In this document: positions 60,901 through 64,000 of the stretch, piece after piece | Numbering within the stretch: position 1 is the stretch's first letter | How the letters are laid out: the number at the start of each line of letters is the position of its first letter | Assembly: GCA_963765895.1 (NCBI GenBank) | Contig: CAVXZB010000038.1 | Coordinates: forward strand, 96,001 to 160,000 | Direction: 5' to 3' | Source: an uncultured Nitrososphaeraceae archaeon | GTDB taxonomy: Archaea; Thermoproteota; Nitrososphaeria; Nitrososphaerales; Nitrososphaeraceae | DNA: 64,000 bases | Notes under the pieces: generated by a model | Database searches by the model: none | Seen by the model: the letters and a program-made list of their open reading frames with translations, nothing else | What the model was told of the DNA's origin: nothing | Translations under genes and position numbers: made by a program

Positions 60901-60999
60901 TCTTATCTGTGCTTCTCTATGATTGATCCCATCATTGATGATGTTCCACCGGTTGTATCCAATTATTAAAATAATAGATAGTAATAATAACAAGAACAT

Positions 61000-61236
61000 C
61001 TAGTGTGAGCGATAATAATGATGGCTGTCGCTAGTTCTCCTCTTATCAAAAGAAGCAGCATTCCGTGGCGGAGGAGGACTATCATTCTCATGTCCTGAAT
61101 GTGTTCTAATATGATTCCAATAGTCTGAACTTGTGATCGCAGTTTTACATACAGGACAATTGGCATACCCACATCTATGATGTCCTATAAAGTTTGGATG
61201 AAGCGTAATGTTACATCTATCACATTTATTTTGCAT
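61000..61236 (-). CDS. Small double zinc-finger protein
   Basis: CDRC..HHRC and C2H2-type CPVC...YWNHIRTH. Confidence 0.65.
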   Translation of the reverse strand: MQNKCDRCNITLHPNFIGHHRCGYANCPVCKTAITSSDYWNHIRTHSGHENDSPPPPRNAASFDKRRTSDSHHYYRSH

Positions 61237-61504
61237 GTCTATTTTATCACTTTTGTCGTTGATAGTAGTATGTGCATATCATAATTAGGATGTATCGAAC
61301 GATTGCACTTATATCACGCTGGATAAGATGAAGCTCCAATTACTATATGAAGTGAGAATAGTTATAGTTATTTCACATGCATTCTGGATATACATAGGCT
61401 AATCAGATAACAGTTTATATATGTCTTAGTCATGGGCATGCTCTAGTACTGGGTGACGCGGTCCCACTACCTATTTCATAAGTAGCGGGCCGTGAATTAT
61501 TATT

Positions 61505-61744
61505 TCCCCTACCGGTGCATTATATCCAGCATGATATCCGGCGCAGTGGTCTGCTGTGTGGTTTACACATACCTCTAGTTCAGGATGATCAAGCATCCGA
61601 AGATCCTTCCGGATATCCATCAATATAGATTATGTTCTTAGGCGTTGGTTCGAATGTACTCACAAATATTCCCTGCTCGTATTCGAAGATATACTCAGCC
61701 GAATGCGCCTGTCTATGAGGGACTATGTATTGATCATAGTACAT
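61505..61744 (-). pseudogene. Small GY-repeat/Cys protein remnant
   Basis: HSAEYIFEYEQG..YIDGYPEGSSDA/ CVNHTADHCAGYHAGYN. Confidence 0.45.
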
Positions 61745-61824
61745 GCATATAATATATTGCCGCCGTAATATCAGGCTCTCACTTCATCGGTACATGATGT
61801 AGATGTCTCTTTAAATCCTGTGTT

Positions 61825-61877
61825 CTCTAATACTGATGTGCCGCATATCAGATTATAAATATCTGCTTAAATTGAGG
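61825..61877. repeat. Dispersed repeat copy B (core 61825-61859)
   Basis: ctctaatactgatgtgccgcatatcagattataaa, then taaattgagg as in copy A. Confidence 0.88.
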
Positions 61878-61933
61878 CGACTCTACAAATGCTGATCTAT
61901 AGGTAGTAGCAAGTGATGGATGTGAACCAGTGT

Positions 61934-62063
61934 ATTTAATTCAGTCAATCACCAGTAAGTTTTAACACATCGGACAGTATCGGATTTTGACACGCCCGTA
62001 TAATTATACCGGAAAAATATCTTCTAATACCGATGTGCGACATGCCAGATTATAAATACTTCT
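61934..62063. repeat. Dispersed repeat copy C (core 62022-62056)
   Basis: ttctaataccgatgtgcgacatgccagattataaa preceded by ttaacacatcggacagtatcggattttgaca...gtataattatac, shared with copy A. Confidence 0.9.
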
Positions 62064-62821
62064 GAAAACAGGCATAGGATGTAATGATCAGTGCCTATGG
62101 GTTATGGCAAAAAACTTATGTACAGGCTGCTCAAGAGGCGCGCCCGCCACACCAAAAAGGAAATAGGAATGTTATGATAATAATGATAATAATATCGTCA
62201 GGCTAGGTTACGTTCGCGCTCCTTCTTCTTCGTCATCTGATTTCCAAATAAAAAATGATGAAATAATGATAAAAATAATACGGCATCTACCACTAGAAAT
62301 ATCAACAATTACTTGAAGCGCAGGGCGGATGAGACAAATGAAATCCTGCTAAGCAGTGATGTTTAAGCTTTGATCTCTAAATGATCTAACTGGATAGTAA
62401 CGTCTGGAAGAGTAGCCTTATCAGATTAATGAGTTTGTATATATCTTCTATTTATTACTGTATCAAAATACGGTAATAAATTTTGCTACTGTTGATTAAT
62501 GCAATTAAGACACCATTGTTGATCTACTGGCAGAGCTTCTGTTCTGGGCTCAGGTACCTCTACTGCTCATACCGCTATTCACGTCCTGTTCAGATATAAC
62601 TCGTACAAGGTATTTTGTATCTTTGCCACATTTGTCACATAGCATATTATTTTTCTTACGATCTATTCGTTTGACATTATATAATAAGAAATCGTCCTTC
62701 AATCCATCAAATAAGAAATTGTAGACAATTCAATTAATCGTTATAATGTAGGCAAATACACTCAAGGATTAAAGAACAACACAGATGGCCCACTTGGTAT
62801 CTACATACAACATGATAACTA

Positions 62822-62923
62822 GGAAAAGTCCCTTCTAATATAGATGTGCCGCACGCCAGATTATAAACATTTGGTAAAGTGGTATCTTATATGGATAGAC
62901 CAGCTTGGTTGAATGCACATAGA
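62822..62923. repeat. Dispersed repeat copy D (core 62833-62867)
   Basis: ggaaaagtcccttctaatatagatgtgccgcacgccagattataaacattt; right flank homologous to copy A. Confidence 0.9.
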
Positions 62924-62950
62924 ACTGAGTAGTTGATACTGCCCCAAATG

Positions 62951-64000
62951 CTAAGTCATGCCCGGCGCGCCAGCAACCTGTCTTCTTTCGATTTCCTGTA
63001 ACCTAGCTGATAATGACACAAGCTGATCTGATAACCGGCTATGGCATCATCCTTTATTTTATCGCGCTGTCTTAGTGATTGATTCAATTCTTCCAATTCC
63101 TCTACCTTAGTCTGTATATCGGCGCCCTGTCTTTCTAGTTGCTGGACATTAAGGAATATAGATAAGGTTCAATTTTACGGAATATCTCAGCTTTTTCCCG
63201 AATCCTTTTTGCGCCAGTATGTAGAACCTGCGTGTCCTATAATATTCCGAGTAATCAGCATAACCTAGGTCAGATATGGTAGTCTTAACAAACCTTCTAA
63301 ATGAATGAAGAGTTATCTGTCTTCGTCGTTCGTTACCATCCTCTCTTGCATCTTTACCTATACGATCTATTGTCATTTGAAAAGACTTTAGCAAGTCGTT
63401 ATAAAGCCACAAATAATTTGGTCTTTCAATATCTTGGTAAACTGCAAATACAAAATCAGTATTAATCATAGTGGGATTTCTATATTCTGAAATGGTTTTT
63501 CCATCTTGCTTGCCTTTGTGGCAGACTCTCCTGGTTCGATATTTATAATCTAGCCATGATTTTAACTGATTGGCGACTTCGTTAGTTAGAAAAATAATTC
63601 TATCTGATCTGGTCTTAGTATATTCACCTCTTATAGATAATTTTGAAGGAGTTGAGTCAAAAATCCAAGTCCTTTACACGTATTGATAAAGCTTCTCCTG
63701 CACGCATACCGGTGGTTGCTAACAACATCGTAAAAGTTTTTAGCATGATGTCAGACGATGGCATTTAATATCTCTACGATATCCTCTTTAGATATCGCCC
63801 TTTATATCTTATTGCTGTGATTTATACCTTTAGTTATCTACGTACTAAAATATATTCATGATACTCAAGAAAGTTTTTTTATCGTTACGACTCGCTGCTT
63901 CAGCGTAATTGTTGAAATCCTGTTTTCACTTGAATATCTAGCATATCTATTGAGAAGAGAGTAAGCATCTTCTTTATTCTTCTGATTTTTGAAATCAAAT
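62951..64000 (-). pseudogene. Tyrosine recombinase/integrase with C-terminal coiled coil, frameshifted; 5' end beyond window
   Basis: LLATTGMRAGEAL (R), EYTKTRSDR (K), TLHSFRRFVKT (HxxR) and IGHAGSTY (H, Y), then QLERQGADIQTKVEELEELNQSLRQRD. Confidence 0.9.

Noticed and set aside
57530-62867. Classical integron attC sites or CRISPR repeats
   Set aside because: No RYYYAAC/GTTRRRY boxes, spacing is irregular (0.2-4.3 kb), and the recombinase is not recognisably IntI.
1-64000. tRNA/rRNA genes, and programmed frameshifting or stop-codon recoding as the cause of split genes
   Set aside because: No cloverleaf or rRNA-like segment was seen. Breaks occur at varied contexts without a shared slippery motif, and intact genes end in all three stop codons.

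Overview
AT-rich, low-coding-density window whose gene set (several P-II, patatin and DUF6659-like paralogues, cyclase-receiver fusion, Lrp-GAF regulator, DUF1059, gamma-carbonic anhydrase, YVTN surface protein, archaeal TATA promoters) points to a soil ammonia-oxidising archaeon (Nitrososphaeraceae; inference from family recognition, no search run). The left and central parts hold ordinary accessory genes: a partial cytochrome P450, HDAC/AcuC, LysE, SDR, pyrE, ABC permease, phosphoesterase, ADH, PQQ-propeller and pit + DUF47. They also hold an IS5-type element with inverted repeats and an 8-bp target duplication, and many frameshifted or decayed genes; some single indels may be read errors. 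The right end (about 57.4-64 kb) is the most notable. A frameshifted tyrosine recombinase is followed by four same-orientation copies of a ~35-bp imperfect palindrome with mosaic flanks, and these delimit blocks of tiny genes (HicBA, secreted peptides, Zn-finger proteins, an R-M fragment). This suggests a cassette-accreting recombination locus, though a shared promoter/operator is a real alternative. No rRNA, tRNA or CRISPR array was seen.
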